DNA of 64,000 nucleotides from Candidatus Saccharimonadia bacterium. GTDB lineage: Bacteria > Patescibacteriota > Saccharimonadia > Saccharimonadales > JALRHH01. The translations under genes were made by a program, and so were the position numbers. The stretch covers positions 192,199 to 256,198 of the forward strand of contig JALRHH010000002.1 in the NCBI GenBank assembly GCA_023253175.1, given 5' to 3'. Positions within the stretch are counted from its first letter, which is position 1. Every line of letters starts with the position of its first letter. Under the pieces are notes generated by a model. That model worked only from the letters and a program-made list of their open reading frames with translations, was not told the origin of the DNA and did not search any database. Shown here one piece after another: positions 45,721-53,768 of this stretch.

Positions 45721-47088
45721 TTAGCGTTCGCGAAGGTCGCGCGCACGCTTTAGGATGGAGGCTACCTCTGCGTTAGAGAGATCTGCACCAAAGTGCTGGC
45801 GTACAACTTTTCGTCGAATCTCTGCCTTGTCTTCGGCTTGCTGCTCGTCAGAAGTGGAGTCCGCGTAGGTTCTGATGTATAAGCTGAGTTTTTTGCCAAT
45901 CTCTTTATCGACTTGTCGTAACTGTTCTTCAGTGTATTCTTGTTTTGCTTCACCTTGCACTACTTGTTGCTGTGCGGCTTCACGACGCGCCGCTGCAAGC
46001 CTCGCCGAAAGGTCGCTTGGCTTTGGTGCTTGGGGCTGCACTTCTTCCTTTGATTCGCTCGGCAGGTCTGTTGTTTGCTCGGGCTGTGCGGGGAGCACCT
46101 TGTCGAGTCGTTGATTCGCTAGGCGCATAAACAGTTCATTGCTTAGTTGTTCTCGCTCTTCTGGCGGAAAGCTCACGAGACATTTCGTGATAATAATCTT
46201 AAGCGCATAGTGTGTATCCACTGGATTCTCTAAATTGATACCAGATTCTTGAACTTCGGCATCAATCTTTTCGAATAGTGCAGGCTTATCAAGGTCAGCG
46301 TATTGTTCGCCATTGTGCATGAATCTGGTTACAAAGTCTTCTATAAACGCTTCATCATTAAAGCGACCGCGGTCGTGACTCGTAAGCACGCCAACTGCTA
46401 CTGCCATCTTTGCTTTTTGGTCCAGCTTGTCAAAAGACTCACGACTACCTTCCCGCTGTGCGTCTGCAATGTGGCTATTAATCCGCTCCCGTAGCTCCTG
46501 TATGCTTGGAATCTGTTCTTGTAGAGTGCGTTCATTATCTGTACTGCCTATTGACTCATTCGTCGCATCGTTGTTCTGCTCGACTAAGTCTAGAGTTGAT
46601 TCAGGGTTTACTCTCTCGGTATTACCCTGAGCAGAACTTCTCTGGGCAAGCTCTTCCATCGCTTTGTCACGGAGTAGATCGTCCCTGGTGTAGAGCTTCC
46701 CTTTGTATTCCTTCATTTTTTCCAGATTCTTTTCGTATCTGCGCTTGTCCTTAGGGTTCTTGATATCCTCTATGACAACAGGACCATTAACGGGACTCAT
46801 ATAGTGTACATCTGCAAGATCCATATTAATCGATGCAAGGTGAGAGATCTTGCGTCGCCAACGGTCATTCTTCTTGGCTTGTTTGAGGCTTATATTTACC
46901 CCTTCCAGCCGGAGCCTGTCTATTATTAAGTTTAGTTCCCCATCCACCGGCAGTTCCTGGGTATTACTTGAGATTTCCCTGCTTAGCCCTGCCAAGACTA
47001 CACTTTGTTCTTCTATGCTTGCGCCTAGCTCGGAAGCTTCTTTAATTTCTGTTTGATTTAATCCTGACTCAGGACTAGGTTGGTTCAT
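45721..47088 (-). CDS. Hypothetical acidic, helical protein (455 aa) of the T4SS-like operon
   Basis: ORF with no TM and no recognisable motif. It is co-oriented and tightly spaced within the operon. Confidence 0.5.
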   Translation of the reverse strand: MNQPSPESGLNQTEIKEASELGASIEEQSVVLAGLSREISSNTQELPVDGELNLIIDRLRLEGVNISLKQAKKNDRWRRKISHLASINMDLADVHYMSPVNGPVVIEDIKNPKDKRRYEKNLEKMKEYKGKLYTRDDLLRDKAMEELAQRSSAQGNTERVNPESTLDLVEQNNDATNESIGSTDNERTLQEQIPSIQELRERINSHIADAQREGSRESFDKLDQKAKMAVAVGVLTSHDRGRFNDEAFIEDFVTRFMHNGEQYADLDKPALFEKIDAEVQESGINLENPVDTHYALKIIITKCLVSFPPEEREQLSNELFMRLANQRLDKVLPAQPEQTTDLPSESKEEVQPQAPKPSDLSARLAAARREAAQQQVVQGEAKQEYTEEQLRQVDKEIGKKLSLYIRTYADSTSDEQQAEDKAEIRRKVVRQHFGADLSNAEVASILKRARDLRER

Positions 47089-47094
47089 ATGCTA

Positions 47095-47123
47095 ACATTA
47101 GCATAATAGTGTATAAAAGTCAA
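47095..47123 (-). promoter_or_regulatory. Internal promoter of the T4SS-like operon (TTGACT - 17 nt - TGcTAATGT), -10 ends 6 nt before the ATG at 47088; overlaps a 7-2-7 palindrome
   Basis: The minus strand reads TTGACTtttatacactattaTGcTAATGTtagcatATG. The palindrome ATGCTAAcaTTAGCAT occupies 47089-47104. Confidence 0.45.
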
Positions 47124-47140
47124 CTATACAGTTAAGATGC

Positions 47141-48550
47141 TTACCCTAAGGGAGAAGGATTAGGTTCACTGCCTGGCTCGGGCGGTGCCTGGCCTGCTCT
47201 TTGAGCGATCTCGTTCGCATACTCTCGGCGCATCTCCTTGAAGTCACTGTTACCTCTCAGGCCATCAATTGCTTGTTGATAGGTGATGGTGCCAGAGAAC
47301 TGGTAGGAGCCATCAGATTGTAAGAGCGCAGGCTGTAGACGAGCTTTCATCTCAGGGCTGAGAGTCGCGATATCGATAGTCTTACTCAATACTTCATCAG
47401 CAACAATCTTTGCTTTAGCTGGGCTTGATCCTTGCATGCCATCGTAAACCGCTGCAAGAGAGGCGAGACTTTGGGTGAACTGTTTGTCCGAGCCTGACGC
47501 TTGGGCATCCTGCACACTACTGACCATTTCAGGCGCCAATTCCTTGATGGAGTCGGGCTTCATGCTTGAGTGAACAAGTGATGCACCACCCTGACCTTCG
47601 TATACGTCCTTGTGTATTGTCTTGGTTGCTTCTTCGATGTCAGCTAGCGTAACCTCTTCCCCATTGCGAAGTTTTTCTCTAAATTTATTAACCACGCCCA
47701 GGGTAGTTCCGAAGCCAGCCCCTCCTGTATCCATGCGACCTGCTTTTACGGTTTCTGAGCGTCCATTGGCAACAAGATATGATGCCATCGCATCGTCGTC
47801 CTTGGATGCTCGCGCAACATCGAGCCAGAACTCTCCGGCTGCGGTCTTCTTGGTTGCATCCTTTGCTGTTTTATATGCGGTGCCCCCGGCGCCCGCTTGT
47901 CGGACTGTCATGGCCTGGAATGCAGGGGTGCTCATACTTCGCCTGACGTTCTCTACGCGGTTAACAGCGTCGTCAAGCGCCTGACCTTCGTACGCTCGAC
48001 TACCGTCATCATTCCTCATCTCACTAAGATAGCTGCGAAGCTCGGCGGCATTACGGGTCTTGCTTGCAGCTTTATTGAGTCCATCATCATGCATCCATGA
48101 CTGGTATGCTTGATTTTCTTTCATGTTGCGTTCAATCTCTAGCGCGTGGGCATTTTGCATGCCGACTCTGGTTGCTGCACGCCAGTTGTTCGGTTTAAAG
48201 GTATTGCCACTATCGAGTATTGCCCCCGGCGCAGTTAGACCTCCTGAAATACCCCTATTGAGGCGTCCACGAAAGTTCGTCTTAGTTCCGCCAGCAAATC
48301 GATTGCCTCCCCTTGCTCTTTCGTTGTACTTTTGGCGTTGTCCTTCTCGGAACTTGCGTTGCCTATCAAAGAAGCCCCTGCTCCTGTCGTTCAGCATTCC
48401 GGTGAGTGCGCTAAAAGCTCCCATGCCTGTCTTCAACGCAGCAGGTATAAGGAAATACGGCACAATATATGCCGTTAGTTGCACAAACAGATTAAGGAAT
48501 CCGATATCGAGGGCATCTGCAAACTGAATTGAATAGAGTATATGTTCCAT
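47141..48550 (-). CDS. Hypothetical protein (469 aa) with N-terminal hydrophobic segment and Pro-rich C-terminus; T4SS-like operon
   Basis: ORF starting 6 nt after the VirB6-like stop. No recognisable domain. Confidence 0.5.
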   Translation of the reverse strand: MEHILYSIQFADALDIGFLNLFVQLTAYIVPYFLIPAALKTGMGAFSALTGMLNDRSRGFFDRQRKFREGQRQKYNERARGGNRFAGGTKTNFRGRLNRGISGGLTAPGAILDSGNTFKPNNWRAATRVGMQNAHALEIERNMKENQAYQSWMHDDGLNKAASKTRNAAELRSYLSEMRNDDGSRAYEGQALDDAVNRVENVRRSMSTPAFQAMTVRQAGAGGTAYKTAKDATKKTAAGEFWLDVARASKDDDAMASYLVANGRSETVKAGRMDTGGAGFGTTLGVVNKFREKLRNGEEVTLADIEEATKTIHKDVYEGQGGASLVHSSMKPDSIKELAPEMVSSVQDAQASGSDKQFTQSLASLAAVYDGMQGSSPAKAKIVADEVLSKTIDIATLSPEMKARLQPALLQSDGSYQFSGTITYQQAIDGLRGNSDFKEMRREYANEIAQRAGQAPPEPGSEPNPSPLG

Positions 48551-48555
48551 AATAT

Positions 48556-50262
48556 TTATCCGAATAATCCCGCTACAAATTTACCGCTTGCTAGAAGTAT
48601 AGCAATGATCGGATACGCCATAAGCATGGCGATAAACGTGCCCTTCCAGAGTCCCCAGAGTTTATCGTTACCTGGGAATATCCATGCAAGAATTGCTAGT
48701 GGCGCTATGACCATGAGCATGATGAGGAGTACTTGCCTGAGGACAAGAATAACAAATCCTATAAATAGTCCGACAGCGGTAACAAGCGCAAAGCTACCTA
48801 CAATTCCGATCGTAAGAGCACCTGACAGAACCGCAGCTGTTGTAACAACCAGGCCGCCGAAGCCTGCGAGTGTCGTTGATGCTTGATGTGCCGCAAGAAT
48901 TTCTCCTATGCTCGAGGTATCTGTTGGGGATGCGTTGATGATGATATTTCCAAGTCCCTGTCCAGCAATGTTGCTGAGCGCGACACCGAACTGTGTAATG
49001 GGGAGTGATAATACTATAAATATAGTTGCAAAGAACATACGCGGAAGCGCTTTTTTGACAGTATATGGATCAAATGGGCCAAAGTTAATCGCCGTTCCGA
49101 TAACCATAAACATCATTATCGGCACAAGTATAAGCAGCGCGATGTTGCGCATTGTTTCCCACGCCTGTTCTATCTCTGCCCCCTTGTACCTGTCTCCGTC
49201 AACAAACAATAGGTTGTTTACCCATGTATCGAGCGTATCAACGATGCCGTCAAGGATGCCTCCGATGACTTGGCAAAGGAACCATGCAAGTGGACCACCT
49301 TCGCTTTCACAGGATGCTTCTGTGTTCGAGCGGCTACGGTCATCGCCGGTTGTTCCATCGTTTATGCCAGCTGCTTTATTATCTTTTATTTCCTTTACGT
49401 ATGCATCTATGTACTTATCTAAATCACTCTCTAAGTCTTGGCAGCGTTTCTTGTTGTTGCTAGCAAAATAGCCGTTTCCACCAGTGTCAATATTGTCATT
49501 GCCGTCTTTGGTCTCGACGTACCATTGCTCGATCTTGTCATCTTTGCTGTTGTATAGGGGACTTTTATATTTCTTGTCGCCCTTTAGGCTTTGATCGGTA
49601 TACAGTTCTTTAAAATCTGCCCTACAGCCAAGTCGGAATGTTTCGAGGTTTATGTAGTATCGCATGCCAGGGCTAAGCGAATCCTGAATACCCTTGCCCT
49701 CTAAGTACTTCTCTCTAAAAATTTTGTTCCACTCATCTTGTATCTTGTTTGACTCGGTGCCACCACTCCACCTGAAATGACCAGAGCCGCCCTTACAGGA
49801 GTCGCCTGCTGGCCCAGCGGTATCACGTGTGAAGCCCATGGTACATAATACGTCCTTCCAATCAAGATCAAGTGCGGAGAGTGCCTTGGTTACGAGGTCG
49901 GACTCGGAGCAATCAACGATACCATCGTCCCCATTGCCTTCAACTTCGTTGTTTAGAATGGTGCCAACATTTTTTCCACCCTCACCCTGGCCATTAAACC
50001 ACTCACCACTCTCGGCATGGTCTTCATCGATCAAGTCATTATTAATACCATCCTTTAATCCGTTTTCTTTGAAGCAAAGACCTATCGCTCGTCCATAGAG
50101 CCAAGCCTTGGACCGTTGCTCAACAGTGTCTTTTGAGTATGGTGCGGCACTTGCTAATTCTGGCTTGACGCCAGTAAAGACAACAGTACTCACAAAAACA
50201 GCGGCAAATAAAAGCGCTACGTACCTATAGAGTTTTTGTGTCTTTTTCATGAGTTTCCACAC
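48556..50262 (-). CDS. VirB6/TrbL-like polytopic membrane protein with approx. 320-aa Cys-containing N-terminal ectodomain
   Basis: 568 aa with a signal-like N-terminus. The C-terminal approx. 220 aa have 5-6 TM, including LMVIAPLAILAWIFPGNDKLWGLWKGTFIAMLMAYPIIA, which resembles the conserved TrbL/VirB6 region. The track start is GTG at 50262; an alternative ATG is at 50250. Confidence 0.6.
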   Translation of the reverse strand: MWKLMKKTQKLYRYVALLFAAVFVSTVVFTGVKPELASAAPYSKDTVEQRSKAWLYGRAIGLCFKENGLKDGINNDLIDEDHAESGEWFNGQGEGGKNVGTILNNEVEGNGDDGIVDCSESDLVTKALSALDLDWKDVLCTMGFTRDTAGPAGDSCKGGSGHFRWSGGTESNKIQDEWNKIFREKYLEGKGIQDSLSPGMRYYINLETFRLGCRADFKELYTDQSLKGDKKYKSPLYNSKDDKIEQWYVETKDGNDNIDTGGNGYFASNNKKRCQDLESDLDKYIDAYVKEIKDNKAAGINDGTTGDDRSRSNTEASCESEGGPLAWFLCQVIGGILDGIVDTLDTWVNNLLFVDGDRYKGAEIEQAWETMRNIALLILVPIMMFMVIGTAINFGPFDPYTVKKALPRMFFATIFIVLSLPITQFGVALSNIAGQGLGNIIINASPTDTSSIGEILAAHQASTTLAGFGGLVVTTAAVLSGALTIGIVGSFALVTAVGLFIGFVILVLRQVLLIMLMVIAPLAILAWIFPGNDKLWGLWKGTFIAMLMAYPIIAILLASGKFVAGLFG

Positions 50263-50319
50263 ATTAGAATATTCGAATCATACCATTTATTGTACTAATG
50301 CAACAGTGCAAATACCTGG

Positions 50320-50348
50320 TTGCCAAAAGTTATATTTCACAATATAGT
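50320..50348 (+). promoter_or_regulatory. Promoter of the pilin-like array (TTGCCA - 17 nt - TATAGT), -10 ends 9 nt before the ATG at 50358
   Basis: Read directly. It is divergent from the VirB6-like operon start. Confidence 0.45.
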
Positions 50349-50357
50349 AAGCATCAA

Positions 50358-51005
50358 ATGAAGCAAATACGAAAAACAAAGCTCTTGCTTGTAATTATAG
50401 GAATCATTGTGTCGTTCGTCGGACCCGTGGTCCTTACTAATTCATCAACGGTCTTTGCGGCCGGGTGTATTACTAATCCGAGCTCTGATCCGTTAGTAAC
50501 CGATCAACAAAACTGTATAAAGAAGTACGTTAAAGATTGTAAAGACAAAAAGTTCGAAGCAACTTTCTGTGATAACCTGACAGTCAAGCAGATAAACAAT
50601 TGTGCGAATGACAAAGGATTTACACTAAAGAAAGCTTGTGTAGAAAAGTTGATAGCGGATGCCTCAAAAGACGAAAGCGCTGAGGGCACCTCGTCTGGCA
50701 GTACTAGTGATATCGGGAATGACTACGACACCGACGATTGTGCAGTCTCTCCCGAGGGTCTTGAAAGCAGTAACTGTGAGGTAATTAAGATGATTGTCCT
50801 CATTACTAATATTATGTCTGGTCTAGCGGCTACGGTGATCGTGGCGATGATTGTATTGGGAGGTATTCAATATTCAACGGCAGGTGCAGAAGCGGCTAAA
50901 GTCCAGGCGGCTAAACAAAAGATTACCAATGCCCTTCTTGCTCTTATGTTATTAATATTTGGATTTAGTATTATTCAATGGCTTGTTCCGGGAGGATTGA
51001 TTTAA
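50358..51005 (+). CDS. T4SS pilin-like (VirB2/TrbC-like) protein 1, with long Cys-rich N-terminal ectodomain
   Basis: I prefer the ATG at 50358 (MKQIRKTKLLLVIIGIIVSFVG...). The C-terminal module is SGLAATVIVAMIVLGGIQYSTAGAEAAKVQAAKQKITNALLALMLLIFGF (TM - G.QY..S.G - AK - TM). Confidence 0.6.
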   Translation: MKQIRKTKLLLVIIGIIVSFVGPVVLTNSSTVFAAGCITNPSSDPLVTDQQNCIKKYVKDCKDKKFEATFCDNLTVKQINNCANDKGFTLKKACVEKLIADASKDESAEGTSSGSTSDIGNDYDTDDCAVSPEGLESSNCEVIKMIVLITNIMSGLAATVIVAMIVLGGIQYSTAGAEAAKVQAAKQKITNALLALMLLIFGFSIIQWLVPGGLI

Positions 51006-51006
51006 C

Positions 51007-51333
51007 ATGTGTGAAGATAAAGGTATTACCTTAATCCCGTCATGGCACCAGTATTTGCCTAAGGACGGTGATTGCCGCATAGATATTAATAAGTTTACCT
51101 TCCCCGATGATATCGCACCGATTGCTCTGGCTGTCGTAGAGATACTGCTTCGGATTGGCACATTTGCTGCGATTGCTTTTGTGATCTACGGCGGTTTTCA
51201 GTTTCTGACAAGTCAGGGTGAGCCAGATAAGGCTGCAAATGCACGCAAAACAATCATCAACTCTGTAGTTGGACTTGTAATTACCTTGCTCGCTACGGTG
51301 GTTGTGTCATTTATAGGGGGTCAGCTTCTATGA
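51007..51333 (+). CDS. T4SS pilin-like protein 2
   Basis: 108 aa with the C-terminal module AIAFVIYGGFQFLTSQGEPDKAANARKTIINSVVGLVITLLA. No obvious signal peptide. Confidence 0.6.
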   Translation: MCEDKGITLIPSWHQYLPKDGDCRIDINKFTFPDDIAPIALAVVEILLRIGTFAAIAFVIYGGFQFLTSQGEPDKAANARKTIINSVVGLVITLLATVVVSFIGGQLL

Positions 51334-51611
51334 TAGACAAACTTTTGTCATTTGCTGTTGTTGATGAATTTGAAGTACCAAAGGGAGAATTTGGTGATTC
51401 TGAACTCGGAACGATTCTAAAGATAGTATTTGGGATTATGGGGGCTGTGGCGGTGGTTGTGCTACTCCTGGCCTCGTTAAAGTACGTCATATCCAGAGGT
51501 GATCCCGGTGAAGTTGCCAAGGCAAAGAACGCTATTATATATGCAGCAATTGGTCTTGTTGTAACCGCGTTTGCATTTAGTATTGTAGGATTTGTGGTAA
51601 ACAGAGTATGA
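51330..51611 (+). CDS. T4SS pilin-like protein 3
   Basis: 93 aa with the module AVAVVVLLLASLKYVISRGDPGEVAKAKNAIIYAAIGLVVTAFA. There is an ATGA start/stop overlap with protein 2. Confidence 0.6.
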   Translation: MIDKLLSFAVVDEFEVPKGEFGDSELGTILKIVFGIMGAVAVVVLLLASLKYVISRGDPGEVAKAKNAIIYAAIGLVVTAFAFSIVGFVVNRV

Positions 51612-52003
51612 TCGGAAAAATGAAATTATTTATTGTTGGACTACTGGCTACTTTTAGTCTCTCGCTTGCGTTTGCCCCAAGTGCATCGGCAGCCTTTAGT
51701 TTGTTTGGCGATGCTTGTAGGGGTGTTTCGGACTCTGCTGTTTGCAAAGATAGTAAGAACTCAAGCAATCCAATCTATGGACCGAATGGTATCGTAGGAA
51801 CAGTCGTTAATATTCTTTCCATTATTGTTGGTGTGGCGGCGGTAATCGTCATCATTATTGCTGGCATACAGTACATGCTGTCTACGGGTGATCCTAGCAA
51901 GGTTAATAATGCCAAGAACGCTATTTTGTATGCCGTTGTGGGACTGATTATTGCAGTGCTGTCTCAAGTGATTGTCAAGTTTATAATTTCGAGGATAGGT
52001 TAG
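51608..52003 (+). CDS. T4SS pilin-like protein 4
   Basis: 131 aa with signal peptide ...APSASA and a Cys pair (GDACRGVSDSAVCKD). The module is AAVIVIIIAGIQYMLSTGDPSKVNNAKNAILYAVVGLIIAVLS. There is an ATGA overlap with protein 3. Confidence 0.65.
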   Translation: MIGKMKLFIVGLLATFSLSLAFAPSASAAFSLFGDACRGVSDSAVCKDSKNSSNPIYGPNGIVGTVVNILSIIVGVAAVIVIIIAGIQYMLSTGDPSKVNNAKNAILYAVVGLIIAVLSQVIVKFIISRIG

Positions 52004-52006
52004 AGT

Positions 52007-52450
52007 TTGAAGCGGCTGATCCTTGCATTGTCTATCTTGTTCGTAGGATTTTTCTTAACTTCACCACTGTCTGTATCCGCACAAGCAGATGCTTCAAGCC
52101 AAGTATCGTGCGAAACTTTAAGGAACGTAAACCCCAACGACATCGGGTGTGCGGGTTCTAATGGTCAAGTCAGCAAGGTAATTAGGTTGGCCCTCCAGAT
52201 ACTAAGTCTTGCAGCTGGCATTATTGCGGTCATCATGGTCATTGTATCCGGGCTTAAGTACGTGACCTCCCAAGGTGATTCTAATGCAATATCCAGCGCC
52301 AAGAATTCATTGATCTACGCAATCGTAGGTATTGTAGTGGTTGTTTTTGCACAGATTCTTGTGCAATTCGTGCTACAGACTTCCGACAGAGACTACTCCC
52401 CTAATCCAGTTGAAACAGAAGATTCGTCACGCCGCACTGATTCACGGTAG
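52007..52450 (+). CDS. T4SS pilin-like protein 5
   Basis: 147 aa, TTG start, signal peptide ...LSVSAQA, and a Cys pair (CETLRNVNPNDIGC). The module is IIAVIMVIVSGLKYVTSQGDSNAISSAKNSLIYAIVGIVVVVFA. Confidence 0.6.
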   Translation: MKRLILALSILFVGFFLTSPLSVSAQADASSQVSCETLRNVNPNDIGCAGSNGQVSKVIRLALQILSLAAGIIAVIMVIVSGLKYVTSQGDSNAISSAKNSLIYAIVGIVVVVFAQILVQFVLQTSDRDYSPNPVETEDSSRRTDSR

Positions 52451-52545
52451 TTTGAATCGACCATTAACGTGTCGCGTATCCCTTGTAGACGGCGTTTTCT
52501 TGTGGTATAAGTAATCCTAGACAAATAAGAAAGGTAATCAGAAAT

Positions 52546-52953
52546 ATGATTCAAACACTAAAAAATAATATTGCTAAGATTCTCATTGCGGCTGCCCTGT
52601 TGGCTCCTGCGTTAGTGCCTGCAACCGTGTCAGCAGCAGATGCGGACATTCAGAACAGCCTTAAGCAAGGCTCATGTTTAGACGTAAGTGCTGAGTGTGA
52701 AACACAAGGCTCAGAGGAAGATATTAATAACCTTATCGCAACGGTGATTAACATTTTCTCTGTGGTTGTCGGTGTTGTGGCAGTTATCATGATCATTATC
52801 GGTGGTCTTAAGTACATTACCTCTTCTGGTGACAGCAATAACGTAACAAGCGCAAAGAATACGATTCTTTACGCAATTATCGGTTTGGTAGTTGTGGCGC
52901 TTGCACAATTCATTGTGAAGTTCGTGCTCCAGCGCGCTACTTCTTCAGAATAA
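52546..52953 (+). CDS. T4SS pilin-like protein 6
   Basis: 135 aa with signal peptide ...ATVSAADA and a Cys pair (CLDVSAEC). The module is VVAVIMIIIGGLKYITSSGDSNNVTSAKNTILYAIIGLVVVALA. Confidence 0.65.
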   Translation: MIQTLKNNIAKILIAAALLAPALVPATVSAADADIQNSLKQGSCLDVSAECETQGSEEDINNLIATVINIFSVVVGVVAVIMIIIGGLKYITSSGDSNNVTSAKNTILYAIIGLVVVALAQFIVKFVLQRATSSE

Positions 52954-52972
52954 GAATAAGTTGCAAAGCTAC

Positions 52973-53001
52973 AAAAAAGCCCCTTCACCGGGGCTTTTTT
53001 G
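52973..53001 (+). terminator. Intrinsic terminator after the pilin-like array
   Basis: AGCCCCttcaccGGGGCT followed by TTTTTT. Confidence 0.75.
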
Positions 53002-53044
53002 ATTGCATGTAATTCTCCATGAATGCAAGTTGGCTCTTATATAA

Positions 53045-53077
53045 TAAAAAACCTCCGCTTAAAACGGAGGTTTTTTA
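53045..53077. terminator. Bidirectional intrinsic terminator (A-run, CCTCCG/CGGAGG stem, T-run) serving hsp20 and the plus-strand side
   Basis: The sequence is aaaaaaCCTCCGcttaaaaCGGAGGtttttt. Confidence 0.7.
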
Positions 53078-53094
53078 TATGAATCCTCTATGGA

Positions 53095-53571
53095 TTACAT
53101 GATCTGAATCTTCTTGACCGTGTCTTGCTTGACCTTGGTGAAGCTGATGGTTAGAACGCCATCCTTAAGGACTGCTTCAATCTCATCTTCTTTAACAGGC
53201 ACCGGTAGTGCGATACTGCGGCTAAACTCACCCCAGTAACATTCCTGCACGAAGTAGTTCTCTACATCGTCTTCGTTACCTGCTGATAGCGTACCGCGGA
53301 TGCTCAGTGTGTTGTCTGCGATACTAACATCAAGATCATGCTTGTTAACGCCAGCGGTGCGAGCTTTGACAACAAGTCGTTCCTTGGTTTCGTATACATC
53401 AACAGCGAGCTGTCCAGGAACGGCATCATCTTCGTCCCATTCATCTGCCTGCACAGAAGCAGAAGTAGTAATTACAGGTTCGTCACCCGTAGGTAGGTCA
53501 TCTTCGCCAAGAAACGCAGCAGTTAGCTCGTCTTCCATCAGTAGATCTTCATCGCGGCTTCGCCTAGCCAT
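53095..53571 (-). CDS. Small heat-shock protein (Hsp20/alpha-crystallin family)
   Basis: I prefer the ATG at 53571, with GGAGG 8 nt upstream. VDVYETKERLVVKARTAGVNKHDLDVSIADNTLSIRG...LPVPVKEDEIEAVLKDGVLTISF is the ACD pattern. Confidence 0.85.
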   Translation of the reverse strand: MARRSRDEDLLMEDELTAAFLGEDDLPTGDEPVITTSASVQADEWDEDDAVPGQLAVDVYETKERLVVKARTAGVNKHDLDVSIADNTLSIRGTLSAGNEDDVENYFVQECYWGEFSRSIALPVPVKEDEIEAVLKDGVLTISFTKVKQDTVKKIQIM

Positions 53572-53768
53572 AGTTGTTACCCTCCAGTAATTTGTGTGAA
53601 ACAGTATGTTCACGAGATTCATATGTATCTTCACCGATACATCAGTTTATATTTGATTATAGATGTTTGCGTTTTTTGTTACTCCCTAGTATAACTTCCC
53701 TCCCACAGAGGTGCAACCGCTATTTGGTTATTTACAACACATTAAACACAACATACTATTTTGACAGT

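Noticed and set aside
48908-49471. 187-aa plus-strand ORF antisense to the VirB6-like gene; similar antisense ORFs lie at 47610-47984 and 48123-48527
   Set aside because: They are antisense frames inside well-supported genes, and no independent evidence supports them.
53592-53609. Inverted repeat GTGAAACagtatGTTCAC in the hsp20 5' region as a heat-shock operator (CIRCE/HAIR) or RNA thermometer
   Set aside because: It matches neither CIRCE (TTAGCACTC-N9-GAGTGCTAA) nor HAIR (CTTGAGT-N7-ACTCAAG). It also does not pair with the SD, and it is too short to call.
53574-53768. N-terminal 65-codon extension of the comF ORF, and likewise the 21-codon extension of hsp20 to 53634
   Set aside because: The extensions run through the divergent promoter region. 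ComF homology begins at MLERF..., and hsp20 has a GGAGG SD in front of the ATG at 53571.
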